From: Spirochaetota bacterium
GTDB lineage: Bacteria; Spirochaetota; Spirochaetia; Treponematales; Treponemataceae
Direction of reading: 5' to 3'
NCBI GenBank assembly: GCA_022704725.1
Contig: JAKJFV010000002.1
Location: forward strand, 1 to 24,214
DNA length: 24,214 bases
Shown here: piece after piece, positions 1 to 8,204 of the stretch
Numbering within the stretch: the first letter of the stretch is position 1
Layout: each line of letters opens with the position of its first letter
Notes under the pieces: model-generated
Databases searched by the model: none
What the model was told of the DNA's origin: nothing
Seen by the model: only the letters and a program-made list of their open reading frames with translations
Program-made: the position numbers and the translations under genes

Positions 1-1301
1 AAAAAATCATATTTTGATGATTTTTCATCTATATATTTTTCCAATAATTCTGCACATCGTATATATTTCCGCCGGGCTTTCACGGGATCCTTAGTATTAA
101 GAAGCATTGCACATTGTATATGTGCTGTCCAGAAAACAGGATTCATTTGAGCGGAGCGTTCAAACCACTGAAGGGCTTCGTTATCATTACCCTTCATTTT
201 TTCTATAAGCCCTTTGTAGTAGGATTTTAAATATTGAACATCAAGCTGAAGACCGCATGAATCAAGTATTTTTTCTTCTATTCTATTAGCTTCCAAACAC
301 TGTGTAATTTGAGAAAAAACCGCATCACATGTATTATGATTATTTTTTTCTTGAGGCAGTTTTTTTGAGTTGGAAGAAGTACTATTCTCTTCTTTTTTCC
401 GTATAATTTTTTTTACAATGTGCTTATTTTCTTTTTCAGACTTTTTTTGAAAGCTTTCTTCCGGTATTTTTCCTTTTAATGAAAGAGTAATTGCATTTTT
501 TTGTAAATAATATACCATTTCATGTCTTTGTTTTGTTAATGATGATTTTTTATCCGGTATAATGGAGGCTATTTCACTCATGGAAAAAAACAGACATCCT
601 TGGGGACTCAGCTTTTTTTCCATAAATGAAATAATCTTTTTTCTTGTTTCTTCATCAAAATATATAAATACATTCCGTAAGAAAATAATATCGACAGTAC
701 CATCTGGGGGAATTTCTGCTGTTCCGGAAAAAGAGTGCAGATTAAAGGTACCATATTTAACTTTGTCGATTATTTCCTGTTTAACCTGAATCATCCCGTT
801 ATTTTTACTAGTATACTTATCAAGTAGTGTATGAAATATGGTTCCATCTGTTCGTACAGAAACAGCATTATATTCACCTTTTCCTAAAATATCCAGGGCA
901 TTCGAATCAATATCAGTTCCATATAAACGGGCTTTTATGCCGCAATCATCACAGAGCATAGCCAGAGACAAAACCTCTTCTCCGGTTGAACATGCCGCAC
1001 TCCAAATTGTAACGCTACGGTCATTAAACTGCGGAAATACATTATTTTTCAAATGAAGAAATTGTTTTTCCTCTCTAAAAAAATACGTTTCGTTTATTGT
1101 AGACTGATTAATCAGCCGGGTTAATTCATTCGAATCGTGTTGTACGAGATGTAAAAACGTATCACAGCCTATTTGTAATTCTTCGATTCTTTTATTAATA
1201 TATGAACACAAAAATTCGGTGTGTGCCCCGCTTACACAGATGCCGGAATGAGATTTAATAATTTGACAAATTTTAATTAATTCTTTTTCTTTATTTATCA
1301 T
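1..1301 (-). CDS. cheR: CheR-type chemotaxis protein methyltransferase with C-terminal TPR-like region (3'-truncated by window edge; absent from supplied ORF track)
   Basis: Manual translation from ATG at 1301 (MINKEKELIKICQII...) stays open to position 1. It contains the CheR motifs TINETYFFREE, TIWSAACSTGEE and DIIFLRNVFIYFD, then a Lys-rich linker and a TPR-like helix pair (YYKGLIEKMKGNDNEALQWFERSAQMNPVFWTAHIQCAMLL). The ATG directly abuts the cheB TAA. Confidence 0.93.
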   Translation of the reverse strand, partial: MINKEKELIKICQIIKSHSGICVSGAHTEFLCSYINKRIEELQIGCDTFLHLVQHDSNELTRLINQSTINETYFFREEKQFLHLKNNVFPQFNDRSVTIWSAACSTGEEVLSLAMLCDDCGIKARLYGTDIDSNALDILGKGEYNAVSVRTDGTIFHTLLDKYTSKNNGMIQVKQEIIDKVKYGTFNLHSFSGTAEIPPDGTVDIIFLRNVFIYFDEETRKKIISFMEKKLSPQGCLFFSMSEIASIIPDKKSSLTKQRHEMVYYLQKNAITLSLKGKIPEESFQKKSEKENKHIVKKIIRKKEENSTSSNSKKLPQEKNNHNTCDAVFSQITQCLEANRIEEKILDSCGLQLDVQYLKSYYKGLIEKMKGNDNEALQWFERSAQMNPVFWTAHIQCAMLLNTKDPVKARRKYIRCAELLEKYIDEKSSKYDF

Positions 1302-2315
1302 TTATCTGCCTATTATTGAGCTTACCCTTGTGCAAATATCATGCAAAGGAACTACTTCGGAAACCGCACCTGCATCGATTGCAGCTTTGGGCATTCCGAA
1401 CACAACACAGGTTTCTTCAGATTCAGCTATAGTATAGCCGCCCAGAGTTTTTATCATTTTACAGCCTTCTGCACCGTCTTTGCCCATTCCTGTAAGAAGA
1501 GCAGCCAGGCATTTTTTTCCATAAATGTCTGCTGCACTAAAAAAAAGTTTATCTACAGCAGGCCGTAAAAAATGAACGGGAGGGTCCATGGTAAGCCGTA
1601 ATACAGGATTTCCGTCTGTTACAGATTTTTCGACGACCATGTGTTTGTCTGCTGGTGCAACATAAGCATGGCCTGGAAGCGGAGTTTCTCCATCATTTGC
1701 GAGCTTTACCGGGATTCCGCTTGTTTCAGACAGCCATGAGGCATAATGATGATCAAAGGATTTATCAATATGCTGAGTTATGAGAATTGGAACAGGGAAA
1801 CCTGAAGATAAACCTTTAAGAACCTTTTGAACAGCAACAGGCCCCCCCGTTGATGCACCTATGCAGAAAACTTCATAATTAGATGCTATAAGAGGAATAG
1901 TATATTTTTTAACCGGAGCTGCTGACTGGCTTTTGGAACCTGCAACAGAAATTATTTTTGAGAGAAAAAAAGAATAAAAAACAGAAGTAACCTTTGATAA
2001 ATCCGGTTTTGGTATAATATCGACTGCGCCGTATTCGAGCGCCTGATACCCTACCCTTGCAACATCCTCTGTGGTGAACATTAAAATTGCCGTCGGACTG
2101 TTTATCATTATCTGTTTGGTAGCCTCCAGTCCGTCCATAGTAGGCATATTAATATCCATTATGATGACATCGGGTTTAAGAATTTTTGCCTCATGGACAG
2201 CTTTCTGCCCGTCTCCAGCTTCGCCTACAACTTCAATCTCAGAACTGCGCAGGAGAATTTGCTTAACCATTGTGCGAATAACAGCAGAATCATCAACAAT
2301 AAGAACTCTAATCAT
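1302..2315 (-). CDS. cheB: Chemotaxis response regulator protein-glutamate methylesterase (REC + CheB)
   Basis: N-terminal REC domain (IVDDS, IMDINMP, IIPKP). Catalytic Ser/His/Asp motifs IGASTGGP, ITQH and LLTGMGKDGAEG are intact. Overlaps the upstream gene by ATGA. Confidence 0.97.
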   Translation of the reverse strand: MIRVLIVDDSAVIRTMVKQILLRSSEIEVVGEAGDGQKAVHEAKILKPDVIIMDINMPTMDGLEATKQIMINSPTAILMFTTEDVARVGYQALEYGAVDIIPKPDLSKVTSVFYSFFLSKIISVAGSKSQSAAPVKKYTIPLIASNYEVFCIGASTGGPVAVQKVLKGLSSGFPVPILITQHIDKSFDHHYASWLSETSGIPVKLANDGETPLPGHAYVAPADKHMVVEKSVTDGNPVLRLTMDPPVHFLRPAVDKLFFSAADIYGKKCLAALLTGMGKDGAEGCKMIKTLGGYTIAESEETCVVFGMPKAAIDAGAVSEVVPLHDICTRVSSIIGR

Positions 2316-2800
2316 TTTGTATACCCCGCAGATGAAGCTAAAAGACTGTTAAAATCTGTTAAAAACTGAATACGCCCTTGAGATGTAAAACGGACTGCTG
2401 CAAGACCCTTTTTTTTCAATATCTGCCCTGTAATACCCCTTAAAGGAGAAAAGTCAGAAACACTTAGTTGTACAACCCTTGTCTCTCCTGAAGTTAAAAA
2501 AGCGAAATAGCCGACGGCAGATTTTTTTGTAAACTTGCCCCATTTTTTAGCTACATCGGATGAAAACAAGGTCTTTGAAAAAAGCAGGGCTGTATATGCA
2601 TGTCCTCCCTGGCTGCAGGAAAAAAGAGAAGTAATAATTTTGTCTATAAAAATAGACACAGCCCTTTCATTCTTGTACTCAACACTATGTGTAGTAAAGT
2701 CTGTTTTATCATCGCCTGCATACATACTTGCCTCTATCAGTTCATTTGGGAAAAGAATATCCAGGGATGAATATGATATGCTTATAAAGTTTTTATGCAT
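2312..2800 (-). CDS. Hypothetical protein, probably a degenerate CheW-like domain
   Basis: 162 aa, between cheW (8-nt ATGCATAA overlap) and cheB (ATGA overlap). CheW-like size and pattern: N-terminal F-I-S-I..I-L-F-P, C-terminal GLAAVRF..GRIQFLTDFNSLL. The canonical CheW core motifs are not recognisable. Confidence 0.55.
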   Translation of the reverse strand: MHKNFISISYSSLDILFPNELIEASMYAGDDKTDFTTHSVEYKNERAVSIFIDKIITSLFSCSQGGHAYTALLFSKTLFSSDVAKKWGKFTKKSAVGYFAFLTSGETRVVQLSVSDFSPLRGITGQILKKKGLAAVRFTSQGRIQFLTDFNSLLASSAGYTK

Positions 2801-3293
2801 TGTTTAAATCTAACCTGAGTTTATCAATAAAAGAACGTGTATTAATAATTGGAATTTCTTTATCTTTCCAGGAAATAGTACCGTCAAAATGGATGACAGA
2901 AATATGATTCGAAAATTTCTTAATTTCTTCAGTCTTGACCGGCATAAATTCCACAACATCGCTTATGCGTAAACATAACTGCTCATTCTCAATATTTAAT
3001 ACTAAAAACAGGGAATTTACTTGAGGTTCTTTGCCCAGAATTATCATTGGATCAATTACAGTAAAAGGATCCCCGTGCCGGTTAAGCACTCCGTTCACGT
3101 AGGAGGGAACAAAAGGAAGCGGGTACACTGCAAGATCCCGCATTATTTCCCTTGTTAGAGATGCCTGAATTGCATAAGTCTCTGTATTCATATTAAATAC
3201 AAGAAAAGTCCGGCTTGTGTCTTTTACATCTGAAACGGTCTCAAGATCTTTTTCAACAGCTTCTATTTCATCAATCAAATCGTCACTTATCAT
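2793..3293 (-). CDS. cheW: CheW coupling protein
   Basis: FLVFNMNTETYAI, VYPLPFVPSYVNGVLNRHGDPFTVIDP and LCLRISDVVEF match the CheW pattern. First gene of the che unit. Confidence 0.9.
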   Translation of the reverse strand: MISDDLIDEIEAVEKDLETVSDVKDTSRTFLVFNMNTETYAIQASLTREIMRDLAVYPLPFVPSYVNGVLNRHGDPFTVIDPMIILGKEPQVNSLFLVLNIENEQLCLRISDVVEFMPVKTEEIKKFSNHISVIHFDGTISWKDKEIPIINTRSFIDKLRLDLNNA

Positions 3294-3302
3294 AATAGAA
3301 TA

Positions 3303-3331
3303 AGTGTAGCCCGATACAAGACCATTGTCAA
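3303..3331 (-). promoter_or_regulatory. sigma70-like promoter of che operon (near-leaderless)
   Basis: TTGACA (3331-3326), 17 nt spacer, TACACT (3308-3303), 9 nt, then ATG (3293). No SD motif. Confidence 0.75.
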
Positions 3332-3362
3332 GAAATTTTGATAAATCGGCTTAGAGATTTTA

Positions 3363-3410
3363 GATTTATTTTTAGACCTTACCATTGCCGAAGGTCAGCT
3401 GCAATAAATC
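3363..3410. other. Stem-loop immediately 3' of lepB
   Basis: gatttatt (3363-3370)/aataaatc (3403-3410) outer stem and gacctt (3375-3380)/aaggtc (3391-3396) inner stem. No U-tract follows it on the lepB strand. Confidence 0.4.
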
Positions 3411-3412
3411 CT

Positions 3413-5182
3413 TTATCTGCTTTTTTCTGCAGTTAATCCCGGAACACCGATTCTTGAAACAGGCCAAAACCTGAAGACAGTTGTACCAAGAATTCTTGCA
3501 GAACTTACTTCTCTTTGCTCAATATTCGAGTAATAACGAACTGAGTAAGCATCATAAGATGTTAATGGTATATAAAAGGTATCGTATGAATGCCTCATAT
3601 CGAGCGAATTAAAGCGGTTGTCGCCCATGAGGAAGTAAGAATCGCGGCTTATATATTGAGGATCTCCGGAAGCCGTATTTTTTGGAAATACCGGCATATT
3701 TCTTGAATCATTGAGAACAATATACGTATGTAAATCTTCAGCCTGGTTCAGCAGCTCATTAATACGTTCATCCTTCGATAAAGACTGAACAGTTCCGCCC
3801 AGGAGTATGAGTTCTGTATTGCGGACAATAAGCCTGCCGAATACTAATTTTGACATAATATTTAGTTTATACATTGCCTGTTCATACATGTCTAAATTTT
3901 CCGGTATTGTACTCGACCACGATGTCATAAACTCATTAAACCACTTTACGCCGGCATCGGAAGAGAGCAATTTACGGGTCAAAGTAACATTCTGTGAAAA
4001 AAGATAATACTCATTCAATTCCTGTTCAGATAAAAAGGACGAGACGTTAATACCTTCATCATTTACTTCTTTTGGTAAAAAAATACGTTTCGCTTTGGAA
4101 AAAGCTAGGACAAGCTCCTGAGCTTCTCTTTTTGCATCATCGAGAGTAAGCAGCTTTCTTTCTTTCTCGACAGAAAGAAGCGTGCTGTACACCGATTGAG
4201 AAATAGGCACGCGGTTGATTTTACTTTTTAAATTACTACTCAAGCCGTCTACATTCCATTCGGCCCACAGATTATCATCAGCTACCGGGGTAAACTCCTT
4301 GTTTTCGCGGGTCCGGGCAAACAAGGTACCATCAAGCATGACAAGCTGTTCGCCCCCTTCTCCGCATACCCTCTTAACCAGAGGATCAGCCTTCATCTCC
4401 CCGTATTCATCGACATTTAAATTTACCTTGGTAAAGGTTAACATAAAAACAATTTGAGAAATAAAGTTTTTAACCTCGGATTTACGGGTCGTTTCATAAT
4501 GAGGATTTCTAAAAACAACAATATCACCCCGTTTATAGGAGCGGATAGACGGCAGACCGACATCGGACAGGGGAAATTTGGGACCGGAGGGAGTTTTAAA
4601 TACAACAACTCTGTCTTTTATAAGGAACTCGGGAACCATCGATTCCGAGGGTATTTCATACAACTGAAAAATAAAGATATTTACCAGCAGGACAATTAAC
4701 GCAGCCTGAATAAAGGCATCTATCCAGCTGAATGCTTCTAATACTGCTTTTTTTACAGGATGTTTCTTTTTCGGGGGAAGTTCCGCTCTCGATAATTCAA
4801 GATCGGGATTATTTTTGTATACTCTTTTTTCAGCCAGTAAATATAACAGTACATTTGCACAAACCGTGATTATTACCCAAAAAATAACTGATACAACATC
4901 AAGAATATACGGAGTCCCGTATGCACCGGCTCTTCTAATAACAAAGGCAATAAGATGCACAAAAGGCAGGTACTCGTAGAGTTTCCTTACAAGAGGCAGC
5001 ATTGCGGCATCATTTACTCTCAGGAATTTTCTAAAGCCTATGTTAAAAAGGAATGCTGTAAATGAAAGAGAAATAAAAACAGCAAATAAAGAAATATCAA
5101 ACGATACAGAAACTGATAAAAGAGAAAATACGGCAGAGCTTACAAGAGCAGCTGCCTGGAAATACATTATTTTTTTAGTCAT
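3413..5182 (-). CDS. lepB: Signal peptidase I, long form with polytopic N-terminus
   Basis: Box B IPSESM (catalytic Ser), box C RGDIVVF, box D LVKR (Lys), box E GDNRFNSLD, C-terminal FRFWP. Start moved from the track's 5209 to the ATG at 5182 (MTKKIMYF) because the candidate -10 lies at 5197-5192. Confidence 0.92.
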   Translation of the reverse strand: MTKKIMYFQAAALVSSAVFSLLSVSVSFDISLFAVFISLSFTAFLFNIGFRKFLRVNDAAMLPLVRKLYEYLPFVHLIAFVIRRAGAYGTPYILDVVSVIFWVIITVCANVLLYLLAEKRVYKNNPDLELSRAELPPKKKHPVKKAVLEAFSWIDAFIQAALIVLLVNIFIFQLYEIPSESMVPEFLIKDRVVVFKTPSGPKFPLSDVGLPSIRSYKRGDIVVFRNPHYETTRKSEVKNFISQIVFMLTFTKVNLNVDEYGEMKADPLVKRVCGEGGEQLVMLDGTLFARTRENKEFTPVADDNLWAEWNVDGLSSNLKSKINRVPISQSVYSTLLSVEKERKLLTLDDAKREAQELVLAFSKAKRIFLPKEVNDEGINVSSFLSEQELNEYYLFSQNVTLTRKLLSSDAGVKWFNEFMTSWSSTIPENLDMYEQAMYKLNIMSKLVFGRLIVRNTELILLGGTVQSLSKDERINELLNQAEDLHTYIVLNDSRNMPVFPKNTASGDPQYISRDSYFLMGDNRFNSLDMRHSYDTFYIPLTSYDAYSVRYYSNIEQREVSSARILGTTVFRFWPVSRIGVPGLTAEKSR

Positions 5183-5191
5183 ACAACTCCC

Positions 5192-5220
5192 AGTATAGAA
5201 AAAAAACAAAGAATAATCTA
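5192..5220 (-). promoter_or_regulatory. sigma70-like promoter of lepB
   Basis: TAGATT (5220-5215), 17 nt, TATACT (5197-5192), 9 nt (gggagttgt), then ATG 5182. Confidence 0.6.
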
Positions 5221-5224
5221 CAAT
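5196..5224 (+). promoter_or_regulatory. sigma70-like promoter of fumarase gene (leaderless)
   Basis: TAGAAA (5196-5201), 17 nt, TACAAT (5219-5224), 6 nt, then ATG 5231. No SD. Confidence 0.65.
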
Positions 5225-5230
5225 TGTTAC

Positions 5231-6835
5231 ATGAATTTAAGTTTTTTTGATTTTTATCCGCATACAGCTACCGAAGATGCTGTAGTAATTTCCCATAAAG
5301 ATTTACCGCATGAGCTTCTGTCAATATCCGATGCTGCTTTGTACCGTTTGGTGAGCGAATCGTTTAAGAGGCTTTCATTTACCTTTACAAGGTCCCATAT
5401 AGAACACCTTATTCAAGCGGTTCTGTCAGATAATGCATCTGATAATGACCGTTATGTATGTGCTTCCCTATTAAAAAATGCTCAGTGCGCTTCTTCATTT
5501 GATCTGCCTCTCTGTCAGGATACAGGAATTGCACATATCTTTTCATGGATTCCTCCTAACGTACTTTTGACTGATAATGCACGTTCAATTATCAGCAAGG
5601 CTGTGTCGGATGTCTACCGCGATCATAATCTGCGATACTCCACAACAATTCCCCTGAATTTTTACGACGAAAAAGATCCCCGGAACAATCTGCCGTGCCA
5701 GACTTTTTTATTTAATGAAAAGCTTAATCCTTCATTTTCAGATGAAGCAGAACCGCACGCTTCATTTCTATTTTGTGCAAAGGGAGGCGGCTCATCGAAT
5801 AAAACTGTTTTTATTCAGGGAACGAAGGCGGACTTAACAGAAGAGAAATTTGATGCCTTACTAAAAGAAAAAATTAAGGCACTGGGAACAAGCGCATGCC
5901 CTCCCTATACTATTGCTGTTGTTGCAGGAGGACTGAGTCCTGAACAAAATCTTATGACATTAAAATTAGCAACCTGCGGCTGTATTATTCAAAATGAGCA
6001 CAGCTTCCGCGATGAAAAACTTGAGCAGAGACTTATGGAGATTGCAGAAAAGGCAGGTTACGGAGCACAATTCGGCGGAACAAAGGCAGCCGTAGAAGCT
6101 GTTGTAATAAGGCTGCCGCGTCATGGAGCAAGCTGTCCAATTTCTATTGGAGTTTCCTGTTCAGCCCATAGAAATCTAAAAACATTTATAACGAAAGACG
6201 GACTATATATTGAAAAAACAGTAACAGAGTTGTCGGGTATAGAGGGGTTTTCGCAGGCTGTTTCTTTTGCAGACAACAAAATTGATCAGGTAATGCACAT
6301 CAATACATCTTCCGGCATCAATAAGCTTATTCAGGAAATTTCCTATTTAAAACCCGGAACCCGGCTGTATCTTTCGGGTAACATACTGGTGGCCCGCGAT
6401 GCTGCTCATGCAAGATGGAAAAAATTGATTGATGATGGCAAAGACTTACCCGATTATGCAGTCAGGTATCCAATTTGCTACGCAGGACCTTCAAGAACAC
6501 CGACCGGATTCCCCTTGGGAAGTTTCGGTCCGACAACTGCAGGACGGATGGATTCATATGCAGAAATCCTTATGCAGCGGAATGCGGCGCGGATTACCCT
6601 GGCAAAGGGAAATAGAAGCAGTACATGGAAAGAAGGATGCATAAAATATAATTCGTGCTACCTTGGAACCATAGGAGGCGCTGCAGCACTTATCACAAGC
6701 GAATATATAGTAAGCGCACAAGTGATTGATTATCACGACTTAGGAATGGAAGCCGTTCACCTTGTAGAAGTAAAAAATCTTCCAGTTTTTATGTTGATAA
6801 ACGGAAAAGGAGAGGATTTTTATGAACAAGTCTGA
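5231..6835 (+). CDS. fumA: Class I (Fe-S) fumarate hydratase, fused alpha+beta domains
   Basis: Three Fe-S Cys motifs (PLCQDTG, ACPPY, SCSAHR) plus KGGGSSN, VARDAAH, GPTTAGRMD and AKGNRS. The fumA/fumB assignment cannot be resolved from sequence. Confidence 0.88.
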   Translation: MNLSFFDFYPHTATEDAVVISHKDLPHELLSISDAALYRLVSESFKRLSFTFTRSHIEHLIQAVLSDNASDNDRYVCASLLKNAQCASSFDLPLCQDTGIAHIFSWIPPNVLLTDNARSIISKAVSDVYRDHNLRYSTTIPLNFYDEKDPRNNLPCQTFLFNEKLNPSFSDEAEPHASFLFCAKGGGSSNKTVFIQGTKADLTEEKFDALLKEKIKALGTSACPPYTIAVVAGGLSPEQNLMTLKLATCGCIIQNEHSFRDEKLEQRLMEIAEKAGYGAQFGGTKAAVEAVVIRLPRHGASCPISIGVSCSAHRNLKTFITKDGLYIEKTVTELSGIEGFSQAVSFADNKIDQVMHINTSSGINKLIQEISYLKPGTRLYLSGNILVARDAAHARWKKLIDDGKDLPDYAVRYPICYAGPSRTPTGFPLGSFGPTTAGRMDSYAEILMQRNAARITLAKGNRSSTWKEGCIKYNSCYLGTIGGAAALITSEYIVSAQVIDYHDLGMEAVHLVEVKNLPVFMLINGKGEDFYEQV

Positions 6836-7187
6836 TGCTCAGAAAAGCATTCTCAATGAAGAAGAGGCCCTTGAACGTTTCGGGGGAGAAATTGAGTTAT
6901 ACGAAGAAATACTATTGATGTTTGTTAATGAGCCTCAGTTTTCTCTTAACGAAGTGCAGGAATACATAATCAAAGGGAGAAGTACCGAGGCTGCAAGCTG
7001 TGTTCATCGATTAAAAGGAACCGCAGGTACAATTGGGGCAGATAAACTATATAAAGCAGCCTCGGATGCAGAATCTGTATTACGGGGTAAAACAGAAGGA
7101 AATATTGATGCGCTTCTTGTGCAGGTTTCAAAGTATTACACGGAAGCCGAGAACTTTATTCGAATGAGGATGAATAAACATTCATAA
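6822..7187 (+). CDS. Stand-alone Hpt (histidine phosphotransfer) domain protein
   Basis: 121 aa; ALERFGG..ELYEEILLMF and the Hpt signature VHRLKGTAGTIGA. SD AAGGAGAGG (6807-6815) lies inside the fumarase 3' end; 14-nt overlap. Confidence 0.88.
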   Translation: MNKSDAQKSILNEEEALERFGGEIELYEEILLMFVNEPQFSLNEVQEYIIKGRSTEAASCVHRLKGTAGTIGADKLYKAASDAESVLRGKTEGNIDALLVQVSKYYTEAENFIRMRMNKHS

Positions 7188-7893
7188 AGTTGATATTTAC
7201 CTGGTTAAGATCCTCAACCCTTATTGAACGCAAAGAACTAAGTTGTGTATAAACGCTAAAAATATCAGCAGGAATAGTCATTAGTTCATCCTTCAAAGTC
7301 TGATACGGTCCATCCGTTTCAAGCAGCATCCATTCAAGCGGAAGAAGGGACGCACACCGCAGCGCATTTTTATGATTATTAAGAAGCGGTTTTCCGAAAG
7401 AAAAATAAGCATTAATACCTTTTTTTCTTAATGATGCAGCCTCTTCCGGTGAATATGAGTACGAGTGGAAAACAACAGCTTTTAATGTTCTTAATTGAGC
7501 AGATGAGGCAAAGATTTTGTCGAGCGCCTTCCTGCAGTGAATTATGAGTGGCTTATTATACTGTTGAGCCAGTTCAAGCTGAGCATACCAGACATCTTCC
7601 TGCTTTTTTATGTTTTCCTTATATTCAGTGGTAAATAAATCAAACCCGGCTTCTCCTACTGCATCAGGATGTTGAGTCTTTAAAATTTTTTCAAGAGTAA
7701 AAACAAGGGAATGATCAGGATTTTGAGGATGAACGCCAAAGGATGTATATATAAGTCCGGGATATTGTTTTTTTAAAAGGCATAGTTTCTCCCATTCCTT
7801 TTCGCTGTGGGCGGCAGAACAAACCGGAGAATTTTCAAAGGGCTGCCATGAGTCATACACTGAACAATGAATATGAGAATCACTGTATATCAT
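7156..7893 (-). CDS. tatD: TatD family metal-dependent hydrolase/DNase
   Basis: Metal ligand motifs DSHIH, VGEAGFD, IIHCR, VFHSY and LLETDGP. Confidence 0.92.
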   Translation of the reverse strand: MIYSDSHIHCSVYDSWQPFENSPVCSAAHSEKEWEKLCLLKKQYPGLIYTSFGVHPQNPDHSLVFTLEKILKTQHPDAVGEAGFDLFTTEYKENIKKQEDVWYAQLELAQQYNKPLIIHCRKALDKIFASSAQLRTLKAVVFHSYSYSPEEAASLRKKGINAYFSFGKPLLNNHKNALRCASLLPLEWMLLETDGPYQTLKDELMTIPADIFSVYTQLSSLRSIRVEDLNQVNINFMNVYSSSFE

Positions 7894-7899
7894 ACAAAG

Positions 7900-7928
7900 A
7901 CTATACGTAATTTAACAAAAAAAGTCTA
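7900..7928 (-). promoter_or_regulatory. sigma70-like promoter of tatD (leaderless)
   Basis: TAGACT (7928-7923), 17 nt, TATAGT (7905-7900), 6 nt, then ATG 7893. No SD. Confidence 0.7.
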
Positions 7929-7985
7929 ATAATAGTTTCTAAACATCCGAAAATATAAGTGATATCCACAATGGAGGTAACTAGT

Positions 7986-8204
7986 ATGGAATGTTATTCA
8001 TTAAAAGGTCATGCAAGCTCAAATGATTATATGATGATAATGAGAGAAATGGATGAAGGATATGTAGTACGCATTGTCCGCGATAAGGACGGTTACGAAG
8101 ACATTACCACAGATTTTATTTCGCGGGATCTTTTTGAAAGCTGCGTCCGCACAGGTTACGTAACAAAAGTAGAAATAAGCGAAATAACAGCTGTTACTGC
8201 GTAG
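7986..8204 (+). CDS. Small acidic hypothetical protein (72 aa)
   Basis: Strong SD GGAGG (7973-7977) 8 nt before ATG 7986 (MECYSLKG...). It fills an otherwise non-coding gap. The track's start at 7959 is probably too early. Confidence 0.75.
   Translation: MECYSLKGHASSNDYMMIMREMDEGYVVRIVRDKDGYEDITTDFISRDLFESCVRTGYVTKVEISEITAVTA

Noticed and set aside
562-1056. Plus-strand ORFs 562..789 and 838..1056 from the track
   Set aside because: They are antisense shadows of the cheR-TPR gene, which the track missed because it has no stop inside the window.
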